From IMG/VR virus record IMGVR_UViG_3300017941_000006: a stretch of DNA of 64,000 nt; one strand, given 5' to 3'. This document shows positions 47,525-56,698 of the stretch, one piece after another. The first letter of the stretch is position 1; every line of letters starts with the position of its first letter. This stretch comes from an uncultured virus (IMG/VR IMGVR_UViG_3300017941_000006). Taxonomy: Duplodnaviria; Heunggongvirae; Uroviricota; Caudoviricetes. The position numbers and the translations under genes were made by a program. The notes beneath the pieces are model-generated. The model was not told the DNA's origin. It was given only the letters and a program-made list of their open reading frames with translations, and did not search any database.

Positions 47525-48781
47525 ATGACAGCCATAGATGACATATTGCACGACTTCATTGTAGACAAAATTTCTGAAATTAAATCTAACCCAGCGTTAC
47601 TTGATCAAATTTTTGTAGAGAAATCTACCGAACAGCGGGAACAAATAAAGCAATATTTTCTGAACAATGATATCCGTATAGTTAAACATCATCCAAGAGA
47701 CCCATCTGAATGGCCTTGTTATTCGGTAGTATTGGATAGTTCGACTGAAACTGATCAGACTATAGGTTCTTCCGGAGCTAATTACGATGAAATTGAAATT
47801 TCTCGGATGACAGATGGCTGGATAGGTTCGGATTCCGATATTTTTCAAGGTACTTGGTCTTCTCCTTCCCCATCTGGAATAGACTATCCTTGGATGGGAG
47901 CTTATGTTGGAACTATAGCATATTCAGTAAATGATTGCATTGGCTATAAAGGGTCTGTTTACGTTTGCATTAAAGCAGGCACAGGGCAAATACCAAATAT
48001 TTCACCCATGTATTGGAGTTTAGTAGTTCAAGGAAACCAAGGATCGGTAGACGTAAAGCAATTCTACACATCAGTGATCACAAAAGGTGAACGAAGACTT
48101 TGTCGGATGACCGGTAACAAAACTGCAAGTTTGAATAAAGGCATATGGATCGACCTTCAAAGGAGTGTTCTTGAAGGTGGGGCCATCTCTCTTATAAACA
48201 TGGATAATTTGATCGTTACGGTCAATAGCAACAGAGTAGGAACATTTTTAGAATTTGGGTTTGGTCAAAAGACGCACAGAGAACAAACCAAAAATTTTAC
48301 CGTAAGTGTCAAGAATCTTTGGGAGAAGGTAAAGGTTTCGCTTGAAGGAATCGCAAATAGGGATAAACAGGCTGTTCGTTTCATGAGCATCAAAATCATA
48401 GATGCCGATGCTTATACTGACATCTATATGGATACATTAAGAGCTGCATTGAACTTGGGAAATGTGATGGAAGAGGCCTTCATAAATAATAACTATCGTA
48501 TAGAATGTTGGTCTGAAAACGCAGATTTAACGCTCATAATGTATAACATTCTCATGTGGAACGTGCTTAGATATCGAACCTATTTTGAGACCACTTGGGG
48601 GCTTTTAGAACAACGCTTAGAAGGCGGAGATATATCACCTCAAACTGATCTTTACCCGGCTATTGTTTACGTCAGGGCACTTATGTATTCTTGCAAGACA
48701 ATAGAGATATACCCAAGAGAAGGCGATCTTTATGCTCTAGACATTAAAGTTGGAAGAGTTGATTGGAGCGGCGGAGTATAA
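47525..48781 (+). CDS. tail terminator-like protein with inserted CBM-like module
   Basis: Synteny before sheath; YSVNDCIGYKGSVYVCI...YW insert. Confidence 0.6.
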   Translation: MTAIDDILHDFIVDKISEIKSNPALLDQIFVEKSTEQREQIKQYFLNNDIRIVKHHPRDPSEWPCYSVVLDSSTETDQTIGSSGANYDEIEISRMTDGWIGSDSDIFQGTWSSPSPSGIDYPWMGAYVGTIAYSVNDCIGYKGSVYVCIKAGTGQIPNISPMYWSLVVQGNQGSVDVKQFYTSVITKGERRLCRMTGNKTASLNKGIWIDLQRSVLEGGAISLINMDNLIVTVNSNRVGTFLEFGFGQKTHREQTKNFTVSVKNLWEKVKVSLEGIANRDKQAVRFMSIKIIDADAYTDIYMDTLRAALNLGNVMEEAFINNNYRIECWSENADLTLIMYNILMWNVLRYRTYFETTWGLLEQRLEGGDISPQTDLYPAIVYVRALMYSCKTIEIYPREGDLYALDIKVGRVDWSGGV

Positions 48782-49168
48782 ATGAGAAAGTGGGACAAAG
48801 AACATCCCGAATATCATGAAAAATGGCGTAGAGATAATTCTTCGTACTGCATGATTAAAGCCAGGATTTGTACTGTAACACATAGGGAAGCATGGAGAGA
48901 GATACTTCATGGCTTAGATTTGGATAGATGCTTTAAATGTGGTTATGACAAATGTTTTTATGCTATTGATTATCATCATTCTAACCCTTTGGAAAAAACT
49001 TCCACGGCTTCTGTGATCTTTGCTCTTATGCCCACGGAAGAAAGAATAAATCAATTCAAAAAAGACGTAGAGAACGGAGATGTATTGCCGTTATGTGCTA
49101 ATTGTCATAGAGAAGAGCATTTTAGATTAGGTTGGATAGGAAGGAAGAAGAGAACATCTAAGAAGTAA
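48782..49168 (+). CDS. HNH endonuclease
   Basis: CFKCGY...IDYHH.NP..K...LCANCHREEH. Confidence 0.85.
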   Translation: MRKWDKEHPEYHEKWRRDNSSYCMIKARICTVTHREAWREILHGLDLDRCFKCGYDKCFYAIDYHHSNPLEKTSTASVIFALMPTEERINQFKKDVENGDVLPLCANCHREEHFRLGWIGRKKRTSKK

Positions 49169-49169
49169 T

Positions 49170-49191
49170 CTTATATAATTAATAGTGTAGA
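49170..49191 (+). promoter_or_regulatory. conserved intergenic motif (candidate late promoter) upstream of the sheath operon
   Basis: cttatataattaatagtgtaga, 21/22 identical to 9136-9157. Confidence 0.55.
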
Positions 49192-49194
49192 GTA

Positions 49195-49428
49195 ATGAAG
49201 TCGTATACACAACCTGTATCTTTGTCACATGGAGGCCATATGGTGAAAAATGTTGGAAATAATGCCATTAAGTTTGCAGAGTTTTTGGAATCTGTTAAGA
49301 AGGCCTATCTTATTGAGAATTTAGGTGGTTTTATTAGTTGGATGAAAAGAAACCATAGCATCTCATCCAAATTACCTTCAAGTGTGTGGCAAGGAAAACT
49401 TGACGAATATTTAAAAAGAAAGATTTAG
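49195..49428 (+). CDS. small protein preceding the sheath
   Basis: F..WMK...W...L.EY; start may be ATG at 49239 after SD ggagg. Confidence 0.6.
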   Translation: MKSYTQPVSLSHGGHMVKNVGNNAIKFAEFLESVKKAYLIENLGGFISWMKRNHSISSKLPSSVWQGKLDEYLKRKI

Positions 49429-49441
49429 TTAGGAGGAAAAA

Positions 49442-52021
49442 ATGGCGATAGGGATTTATTTTGATGGGCGAAGACTCATCAGACCTCAGGCTGTAACAAA
49501 GATCGATGATAGTGGGATGTATGGTAGAGGACTTGGCGGAGCTAACGTTCTTGCTCTTATTGGAGAATGTACAGGAGGTCAACCGCAGACACCGCAATGG
49601 TTTACAGACCCTTCTTATGCTAAGGCAATTCTAAGGTCCGGGCCTTTACTACAAGCTATTCAAAAAGCTTTTGATCCGAGTGCAGATGTGCCAGGAGCAT
49701 ATAATGTTGTAGCAATTCGTGTTAACCCCGCTCTTCAGGCATCCCTAATTTTAATTGATTCTTTTGGAGACCCTCTTGTTGATTTGACATCTGTTGACTA
49801 CGGTCAATGGAATAATCAAATCAAAGTTAGAATCCAAAACGGTAGTGTTCTTGATCCTCTAACAAATAAATATGGCAAATTGGTTACAATAACTTATGGT
49901 CAAGCCTTTGAGCAGGGGGACAATATTGCAAAAAAGTCAATATTCCTTGGACTTTCTGATCCTAAAGCCATTACAGGTTTGTACGCAATAGGCGATTCTG
50001 GATTGCTGGCCTCATCGGCTGCAACCGGGATTCGAGTTCTTCTTGCGGCTGTTACGTCCTATATGCAACGTGTCTTTTATCTTACCGAAGGCTCCACACC
50101 AACACCAACTGATGAGACAGATAATGCTGGCGAAGGTGGAAGCACTAAAGTTCCGGTTGGTTTGGTATCAGGTTCAGGAGTTGAAACAGATTCTGACTTC
50201 TTGTATGTCGGAAGCGATCAGCAATTTAAAAGCATTTATGTTACCCAAGATGGAACTGTACAGAGCGTTCCATCAACCATTAAAGGACAATACTGGGCTG
50301 GGACAGAATGGGTTGATCTTACGGGGTTTGTTGATGGAACAAAAGGGACAAACATACCATTCTCAGTATCTGGAACTATTTACTGGACAATCCCTGACGA
50401 TTGGATGATTAACAGTCCTACTTATCAGCCTGCAGGGTATGTAACAGATTTCCCATCTGGAATGTTTTGGATTAGGATTTTGGTTGATCCTAATGCTTCT
50501 CCGAATGCTTCACTTGCTTCTGGAGCTCAGATAAAAACAATAACACTATCCAGAGGGATCGGGGCGGGTTTACCAATACCTGCTATAGTATTGGCTGACT
50601 ATCCAACAATTCAGCACTTAGTTGATTATATTGATAGTTTACCTCATTACGAAGCCGGAGCAATCACTACAAAACCAGAGGTTGATCTTTCTGTTGACTT
50701 GGACGATGCGGATTCCGTTAGTTTATTGGGAGGAACAAATACTGTTTTAACCGGAGCTTATGATCCTGTAACAGACTTACTAAATATCCCTGCAAGTAAT
50801 TCAGGGTATGCAGTAGGGGATTATATTGTCATATCCCGAATCAGTGGGTCAATGGAAGAGGCAAGACGTGTTACGTCTGTGCTTACATCCGGTAAAATTA
50901 CGGTTGATAGTCCATTGTCAGAGACTTATGCTTCAGGTTCTAAAGTCCGAGAAGCTAACATTCTTAATTCCGATTTGCAAGCTTTGATTGATTGGTTTAA
51001 CAACGTATCCTCTTACATGACAGCTGCTTACCATTCAGGAGCTACCGTTAGAAATAATATTGCAAACATATCCGATACATATTTATCGGGAGGAGCTGAA
51101 TGTATCACAGATAGTAACCATCCCGATGGAGTAACAATTCAAAATGACTGGGATACAGCTATTGACCTTCTTCAAACAGAGGATACTCCATTGATTTCTT
51201 GCATTGCGGCTGATCCAGCAGTTTGGGCTGCTCTATCCGCCCACGTATCTTACATGAGTACAGTAGGGAAGAAAGAGAGAAGAGGGTTCTGTGGTGGATT
51301 TTATTCAGGAGACAACTATATCGATGGTCTTGGAAAATGGAATAGCGTAGTTCATATCAATAGCACTATCAATGCTATGATTGCCTATGCCATGCAGTTA
51401 AATACAGACAGGATGTGTTACGTCGGTCCTGGATTTACAGGATATGATGAAAATGGCATCCTAACCACATATAACGGAGCAATCGCTGCTGCCCTTGTAG
51501 CTGGTATGGCTGCAGGAGTTGATGTTGCAGAGCCTCTAACTCACAAGTCAATTAAGGTTGTAGGTTTAGAGTACAACTTTAAATGGTCTGACTTAGATAG
51601 ATTACTTGAGGCTGGTGTTCTTCCGTTATCTTATGATCCGGGACATGGTTATAGAGTTGAACAATCTATATCAACGTGGCTCCGAAACGATAAGTATAAT
51701 CGAAGAGAACTTAGTGTTGGGAGAACTGTAGACTACGTGGCACGTCAGGTTAGAGATAGATTGGAGACGGACTTTGTAGGAACAAAGGGAACCATGACCA
51801 CTCTAATTTCAATCAAGAATGCCACTATTTCTGTTTTGAATGCGTGTTACAAGTTGGGATTGCTGGCTGGGAATGCAGCAAATCCTCCGTTTAAGAATGT
51901 TCAAGTTACATTGGATGGCGATACTGCCTACGTAGAATTTGAGGCGTCGCCTGTAATACCAATCAACTATATCCCAATTACTATTCACTTAACTGTTTTT
52001 ACTACGACCCTTACCGCCTAA
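49442..52021 (+). CDS. contractile tail sheath protein
   Basis: RPQAVTKIDDS, LALIG...GG.P, AEPLTHKSI, RELSVGRTVDYVARQVR..L...FVG, PINYI. Confidence 0.92.
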   Translation: MAIGIYFDGRRLIRPQAVTKIDDSGMYGRGLGGANVLALIGECTGGQPQTPQWFTDPSYAKAILRSGPLLQAIQKAFDPSADVPGAYNVVAIRVNPALQASLILIDSFGDPLVDLTSVDYGQWNNQIKVRIQNGSVLDPLTNKYGKLVTITYGQAFEQGDNIAKKSIFLGLSDPKAITGLYAIGDSGLLASSAATGIRVLLAAVTSYMQRVFYLTEGSTPTPTDETDNAGEGGSTKVPVGLVSGSGVETDSDFLYVGSDQQFKSIYVTQDGTVQSVPSTIKGQYWAGTEWVDLTGFVDGTKGTNIPFSVSGTIYWTIPDDWMINSPTYQPAGYVTDFPSGMFWIRILVDPNASPNASLASGAQIKTITLSRGIGAGLPIPAIVLADYPTIQHLVDYIDSLPHYEAGAITTKPEVDLSVDLDDADSVSLLGGTNTVLTGAYDPVTDLLNIPASNSGYAVGDYIVISRISGSMEEARRVTSVLTSGKITVDSPLSETYASGSKVREANILNSDLQALIDWFNNVSSYMTAAYHSGATVRNNIANISDTYLSGGAECITDSNHPDGVTIQNDWDTAIDLLQTEDTPLISCIAADPAVWAALSAHVSYMSTVGKKERRGFCGGFYSGDNYIDGLGKWNSVVHINSTINAMIAYAMQLNTDRMCYVGPGFTGYDENGILTTYNGAIAAALVAGMAAGVDVAEPLTHKSIKVVGLEYNFKWSDLDRLLEAGVLPLSYDPGHGYRVEQSISTWLRNDKYNRRELSVGRTVDYVARQVRDRLETDFVGTKGTMTTLISIKNATISVLNACYKLGLLAGNAANPPFKNVQVTLDGDTAYVEFEASPVIPINYIPITIHLTVFTTTLTA

Positions 52022-52040
52022 AGGCGTAAGAATAGATAAA

Positions 52041-52132
52041 TAATCCGTCTTCAAATGCGACCACACTATTGGTTCATGGGCTATGTCTGAGCGAGTCGCC
52101 AAGCGTCTTGCCGGTAGCCCATGGATGGATTA
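52041..52132 (+). ncRNA. candidate structured RNA in the sheath-tube intergenic region
   Basis: Nested stems taatccgtc/gatggatta and catgggcta/tagcccatg; possible pseudoknot gcgac/gtcgc. Confidence 0.35.
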
Positions 52133-52207
52133 TCTTCCCCGTTTTAAAATCCTCTGTGGGTCGTCCTACCAAAAGACCTTAAAGTTAGTGTTTAATCCTA
52201 TCCATAA

Positions 52208-52237
52208 ACGTAAAAACAATGTCTAAAAGACATCTTC
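52208..52237. promoter_or_regulatory. operator-like element, copy 2
   Basis: acgtaaaaacaatgtctaaaagacatcttc; 28/30 identical to 27786-27815. Confidence 0.6.
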
Positions 52238-52277
52238 TGTATCAATCAATAATCCAACATAGGGAGGTGAAGTAGAA

Positions 52278-52682
52278 ATGCCTAAGACAACTTTAACTGG
52301 TAATCTCTGCATTTTAAAAATCGGAGGTCAGGAAGTAGGAAGAGCACAGAACGTGACGGCTGACACAGACTTCGGTCTTGAAGATGTTAGCGGGATCGGT
52401 GATGTTCTTGTTCAAGAACATGTCAATACTAAGGTTACCCATACGTTGACTATGGATAAGTTCATAATCAGCAAGAAGACACTTTTGGAACTTGGAATCA
52501 TTCCGGTTTCGGAAGATGTTCTTACGAAGGGAGTTATCGATATTGAAATTCTGACAAAGGACGGAACACTGATTAAAAAGTATGAGTCCTGTTCATGTGC
52601 TAATTATAGCTTAAGAGTTTCGGCCCATGCTATCGTGGGAGAAAACGCTACTTGGAGAGCTCTTGATGCCGCAATTAGTTAA
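52278..52682 (+). CDS. tail tube protein
   Basis: TGN...LKIGG..VGRAQ....DFG.E.V.GIG...QEHV, IVGENATW.AL; follows the sheath. Confidence 0.88.
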   Translation: MPKTTLTGNLCILKIGGQEVGRAQNVTADTDFGLEDVSGIGDVLVQEHVNTKVTHTLTMDKFIISKKTLLELGIIPVSEDVLTKGVIDIEILTKDGTLIKKYESCSCANYSLRVSAHAIVGENATWRALDAAIS

Positions 52683-52714
52683 AATTATTAATGAAATTTT
52701 GAAGGGAGAATGAT

Positions 52715-53080
52715 ATGGTGGAAAATAAAGACCTGGCAAACAGCTTTACATTTGAAATTGATTTGAAAGTTGCTTCAGGAGAAGAGTTCAAAGGAACTTT
52801 TACTATCCATAGGCCAACAATAGGAGAGCGAATCAGGATTGGTGTTACCGAAGCTGCTGAGCTTGGAGGAATGGTTAACATTGATCCTTATACATCCAGC
52901 ATAGCTCACATGATTGCGACCTTTGATGTTATTGTAGATAAAGCTCCTATTTGGTGGAAACCAAGAGACTTAAGAGATTTGGAGGTAGCTCAGGCAGTCT
53001 GGGACAAATACCAAGACTACCTGAAAGAGTTTCAGGGCAAGCCTCAATCTCAAGAAGCTGGCAAAGCAACAAGCGAATAG
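52715..53080 (+). CDS. tail assembly chaperone
   Basis: Lies between tube and tape measure; FKGTFTIHRP, AP.WW. Confidence 0.75.
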   Translation: MVENKDLANSFTFEIDLKVASGEEFKGTFTIHRPTIGERIRIGVTEAAELGGMVNIDPYTSSIAHMIATFDVIVDKAPIWWKPRDLRDLEVAQAVWDKYQDYLKEFQGKPQSQEAGKATSE

Positions 53081-53408
53081 TATTAACTATTGGTTTCGGA
53101 AGAAATATAAACTTTCGCCTAAAGACCCACGTTACTTGAATTGTGAAGATTGGGAATTAGAGCTCGAGCTCGAAACAGATAGCTACGCAGAAGAACTCGT
53201 CGAGAAGTTACAAACAATGTGTCCAAGATGCGGTCTTATGGTTCTTGGAAACAGATGTAAAAGATGCGGAGCAAATACAAAGGTAGAAAAATATTTTGAC
53301 CCTGATTTTGAAGATTACGAAAAAGAAATGGAAAAAGATTACCAAGAGTTTACAAATAAAGATAATTGGAAAGAAGTAAAAGACATAAAGGACTTGGACA
53401 TTGCCTAA
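53034..53408 (+). CDS. frameshift extension of the tail assembly chaperone
   Basis: +1 frame open from 53025: RASLNLKKLAKQQANSINYWFRKKYKLSPKDPRYLN..., with no ATG upstream of that motif. Confidence 0.65.
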   Translation, partial: RASLNLKKLAKQQANSINYWFRKKYKLSPKDPRYLNCEDWELELELETDSYAEELVEKLQTMCPRCGLMVLGNRCKRCGANTKVEKYFDPDFEDYEKEMEKDYQEFTNKDNWKEVKDIKDLDIA

Positions 53409-55092
53409 AACTATCGAATCAAAACTCGTAATTAAGTCAGAAACAGAACAGGCTGCCAAGGGTCTTAAGAGTTTGCAGGACGAACTCGGCAAGGTAGGCG
53501 AGAAGTTAGCTGCTCTTAAAGATATTGAAATGCCCGATTGGTTTGCTGGCCCAAGAGCCGGAGGTGGTAAACGAGCTTCGACTGGAGGGTCTCCACGTTC
53601 TCCTAATGCTCCAACGTTACATCGTCCTCCTTCTTTTCCAGATTTAAAACCACCACCACAAAAAGAGCCAAAAGAACCCTCAACTTTCAAAAAATTTCAA
53701 AGGGAAGCTGGGAGGTTTACCCGTGGGGCCGGATTAGCGATGGGGGCAGGGAGCGAAATTTTAGCAGGTGCCACTCAGCAAATTACACCTGCTGTAGCAG
53801 GTTTGTTGATGAGTGCAGGAGGAGCACTGTCGGCAGCCTTTGGAGGGTTAGGAGCCGTAGCCGGGATTCCAATGATGGCTGGTGGTGCTGTGATGACAGG
53901 TGCATCAATTTTGGCTCGTCCTGCTCTTCAACATTACGGACAATTTGCTGATACTTACCGTTTGTTAGGTGAAGGCATGCCTGAAAAAATTATGAGAGAA
54001 GCCGAAGGTGCTTTTACTCCGGATGAAGCTATGAGATATGCAGCGCAATTACATAGAGTAGGAGCAACTGAAGGTTTTGGAAGAATGGGGAAAATGAGAT
54101 ACGGAGAAGCCACCCCGGAAATGTTAGCTCAATATTTTACAACTGCCACTACGACTGGTGCTGCTGGCATGATGAAAAAGGGAGACTACGATTATTTAGC
54201 TAAAGTATTTGTTGGAGGCATTGCAAAAGACCGTGGGAAGGTTTCTATGGAACAATCTATAGATACTATGACAGGTTTAATGCAATCCAGTGTTGAACAT
54301 TTAGGAGATTTGTCCAAGGGTCAACTTAAAGAACTGGCTGTTATCACAGCTGGCATGGAGGGACAAAGAGCAAGTGCTTTACTTAGAGGGCCTCTTGGAG
54401 TTAGAACTATGGGCGGAATGATGGCTGTAACCGCTGGCGAAGGCGGAACTCCTCAAGAAATGTTTAAATGGCAGGCCTACATGAAAAGAAATCCAGGCGG
54501 AAACTACATGGGTTATTTAAGATGGAAAGCTGGGCCAGGGGCAGTTCTTGATTTGATGGAAGATTTTGAAACTATGGGCCCGGAAGGATCAATTGCAGGA
54601 ATGCGAATGTTTGGAAAGACATTACCAGCATTTGAAAGTATTGCTAAAGGATTTAGAGCTGGGAAAATTAGTAGGGCGAAAGCAGAAGAACTCATAGAGA
54701 AAGCAGAGAAAGAACCAGCTCCTGAATTTAAAGCCACAGAAAAATTGTTCGACACTTATACAAAACAAAGGGCTGCGGAACAGACGATACAATTAGAAAT
54801 CAGTAAAAACTATTTATCAGCGTATATGAAAATGGAGACATCGCTTTTAACGGGTTTAGATAGAGTCCTAAAAGCAGTTGATTTTAAAATTGCGGTAGAT
54901 AAATTTGCAAATGGTGTAGAGTATTTTGTAAAGAAACTCGGGGCCACAGGAGAAGGAGGCACACCTCCTGATGTCAGCAAAGGATTTATGGGCTTTTTGA
55001 ATAAAGTTCGTGTTGGCTTAGGAGGAGATCCTCTTCCTAACCCAGATATCGGCCTTGCCCAGTCTCATTCTCAAAGAGCAGTAAAGAGATAA
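53401..55092 (+). CDS. tape measure protein
   Basis: Ala/Gly/Met-rich helical protein after the chaperones. Confidence 0.75.
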   Translation: MPKTIESKLVIKSETEQAAKGLKSLQDELGKVGEKLAALKDIEMPDWFAGPRAGGGKRASTGGSPRSPNAPTLHRPPSFPDLKPPPQKEPKEPSTFKKFQREAGRFTRGAGLAMGAGSEILAGATQQITPAVAGLLMSAGGALSAAFGGLGAVAGIPMMAGGAVMTGASILARPALQHYGQFADTYRLLGEGMPEKIMREAEGAFTPDEAMRYAAQLHRVGATEGFGRMGKMRYGEATPEMLAQYFTTATTTGAAGMMKKGDYDYLAKVFVGGIAKDRGKVSMEQSIDTMTGLMQSSVEHLGDLSKGQLKELAVITAGMEGQRASALLRGPLGVRTMGGMMAVTAGEGGTPQEMFKWQAYMKRNPGGNYMGYLRWKAGPGAVLDLMEDFETMGPEGSIAGMRMFGKTLPAFESIAKGFRAGKISRAKAEELIEKAEKEPAPEFKATEKLFDTYTKQRAAEQTIQLEISKNYLSAYMKMETSLLTGLDRVLKAVDFKIAVDKFANGVEYFVKKLGATGEGGTPPDVSKGFMGFLNKVRVGLGGDPLPNPDIGLAQSHSQRAVKR

Positions 55093-55096
55093 AAAA

Positions 55097-56698
55097 ATGG
55101 ATATAAAAAAAGGAAGTCCGGTAGCTAAAGTTACAATTTGGACGGACGATTTAAAAATTGTCCTTACTTCGGCTTTGGGCGATCCTAATTCTGATATTTT
55201 GCAGATACAAACCAATAAAGATTTTTCAAATCCGTCAGGAACATTTAGCATAACATTAGTTCCTAAATTAGACAGTAATGGCAAAAGTTGGTTTGAAAAA
55301 TTAGATGCTTTTGATTATGTTGAGATAGAATTTTTAGGAATAAACGACACCGAAAGCACAGTTGTAATGAGAGGTCTTATTGACCAGGTTTCAAAGTCGG
55401 AGACGTGGGAGTCAGGAGTTCCGCAAAGAAGTATAGTTGTAACCGGGAGAGACCTTGGTTCCTTATTTGAGGATCATCAGATATACTTTATGCCAGAGTT
55501 AAGTCAAAGAAAAGCAGTCGAAGCTCAGATAGGAGTTATAAGTTGGGGAGGAGTTTTAAATTATAAAGAACAAGTGAATGCTTCAGAAGCATTTACTACG
55601 ATTATGCAAAAATTAGAATCTTGTTTGGATTTATCTTTTGGTAACGGGAAAATTCGTGTTTTAGGGCCTGTGGTCGGTTCTTTTAATATTAATGTTAAGG
55701 GTGCTGCCGGATATGAAGTTCCTGTTACTCAGAATAATATATTTAGTTATAAAGCCGTCACAACTTTTCCGGATGATGTTACAAGTTATGGTCATTTAAA
55801 GACTTACCAAGGAGATTTTTGGAATGCTTTGGCTTATTATCAGGATAAACCTTTTCATGAGATGTTTCTACAAGATTTTAAAGATCGAGCTTATCTTATT
55901 TTAAGACCAGCCCGGTTAAAAGATGCTTTTGGTAGGTATCATAAGTCCGTGAATGATAATTTGAATGATAAAGTAGTTTATCCGGATGATTTTACTTTTA
56001 CTGATGATGATTTGGTTTCTATTAATTTACAGAAAAGCCATGATGAAATTTTTAATTACTATCTTACTTTTTCTTCAACTACTTTACTCGAGAAGATAGA
56101 TCAGAGAGGAGTTTTTCTTGACAATGTCGGTGGAGATACATCAAAGTCAATTAACCCGTTTTTTCAAAGTAGTGACAAACTCCCAGCTTACATAGGAAAG
56201 TATGGTTTTAGAAAATTTGAAGCGTCCACAGTTTTTAAAGAAAGAGGCTATCAAGCTCCCGGTCAACTTGATGAGCCAGGAAGCACAAGAGGGCGACCTT
56301 TTGAAGATGTCATGTACAAGGGGTTTAAAGAAAGAGGTGTAGAAAGAAACCAAATGATGGTGACTTGGTTTCTCCATAATGAGCATCTGTTGAAAGGACA
56401 GATAGATATTGCAGGAACCAATCGAGCTATTATTGGGACTTATGCAAAAAATACTTCCGATGATATGGAATATTATGTCGAGGGAGTTTCACATAGTTTT
56501 GTTCAATTTGCCAGTTTTAGAACTACTTTGCGTGTTACAAGAGGACAGCTTTCTGAAGATAAAGGGGGATTGGTTGGGCTTATTGATAGCGAAGGGCTTA
56601 AATACGAAAGCGTAAATAGATTTTACTTTTCGGATATCGGCGTTAGGGATACAAAAGGCTATTCTTCTACTGCCCCAGTTGAAATGAGGATGCCATAG
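55097..56698 (+). CDS. baseplate hub protein
   Basis: SGTFSITL, VMRGLID.V, VTGRD, EYYVEGVSHSF....TTLRVTRG. Confidence 0.75.
   Translation: MDIKKGSPVAKVTIWTDDLKIVLTSALGDPNSDILQIQTNKDFSNPSGTFSITLVPKLDSNGKSWFEKLDAFDYVEIEFLGINDTESTVVMRGLIDQVSKSETWESGVPQRSIVVTGRDLGSLFEDHQIYFMPELSQRKAVEAQIGVISWGGVLNYKEQVNASEAFTTIMQKLESCLDLSFGNGKIRVLGPVVGSFNINVKGAAGYEVPVTQNNIFSYKAVTTFPDDVTSYGHLKTYQGDFWNALAYYQDKPFHEMFLQDFKDRAYLILRPARLKDAFGRYHKSVNDNLNDKVVYPDDFTFTDDDLVSINLQKSHDEIFNYYLTFSSTTLLEKIDQRGVFLDNVGGDTSKSINPFFQSSDKLPAYIGKYGFRKFEASTVFKERGYQAPGQLDEPGSTRGRPFEDVMYKGFKERGVERNQMMVTWFLHNEHLLKGQIDIAGTNRAIIGTYAKNTSDDMEYYVEGVSHSFVQFASFRTTLRVTRGQLSEDKGGLVGLIDSEGLKYESVNRFYFSDIGVRDTKGYSSTAPVEMRMP

Noticed and set aside
52085..52110. 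Hammerhead ribozyme core (ctgagcgag)
   Set aside because: No downstream GAAA or cleavage triplet in the required arrangement
52951..53139. 62-aa ORF as the -1 frameshift partner of the tail chaperone
   Set aside because: It ends at 53139 without joining the downstream domain, and no X XXY YYZ slippery site was seen; the +1 frame carries the plausible sequence
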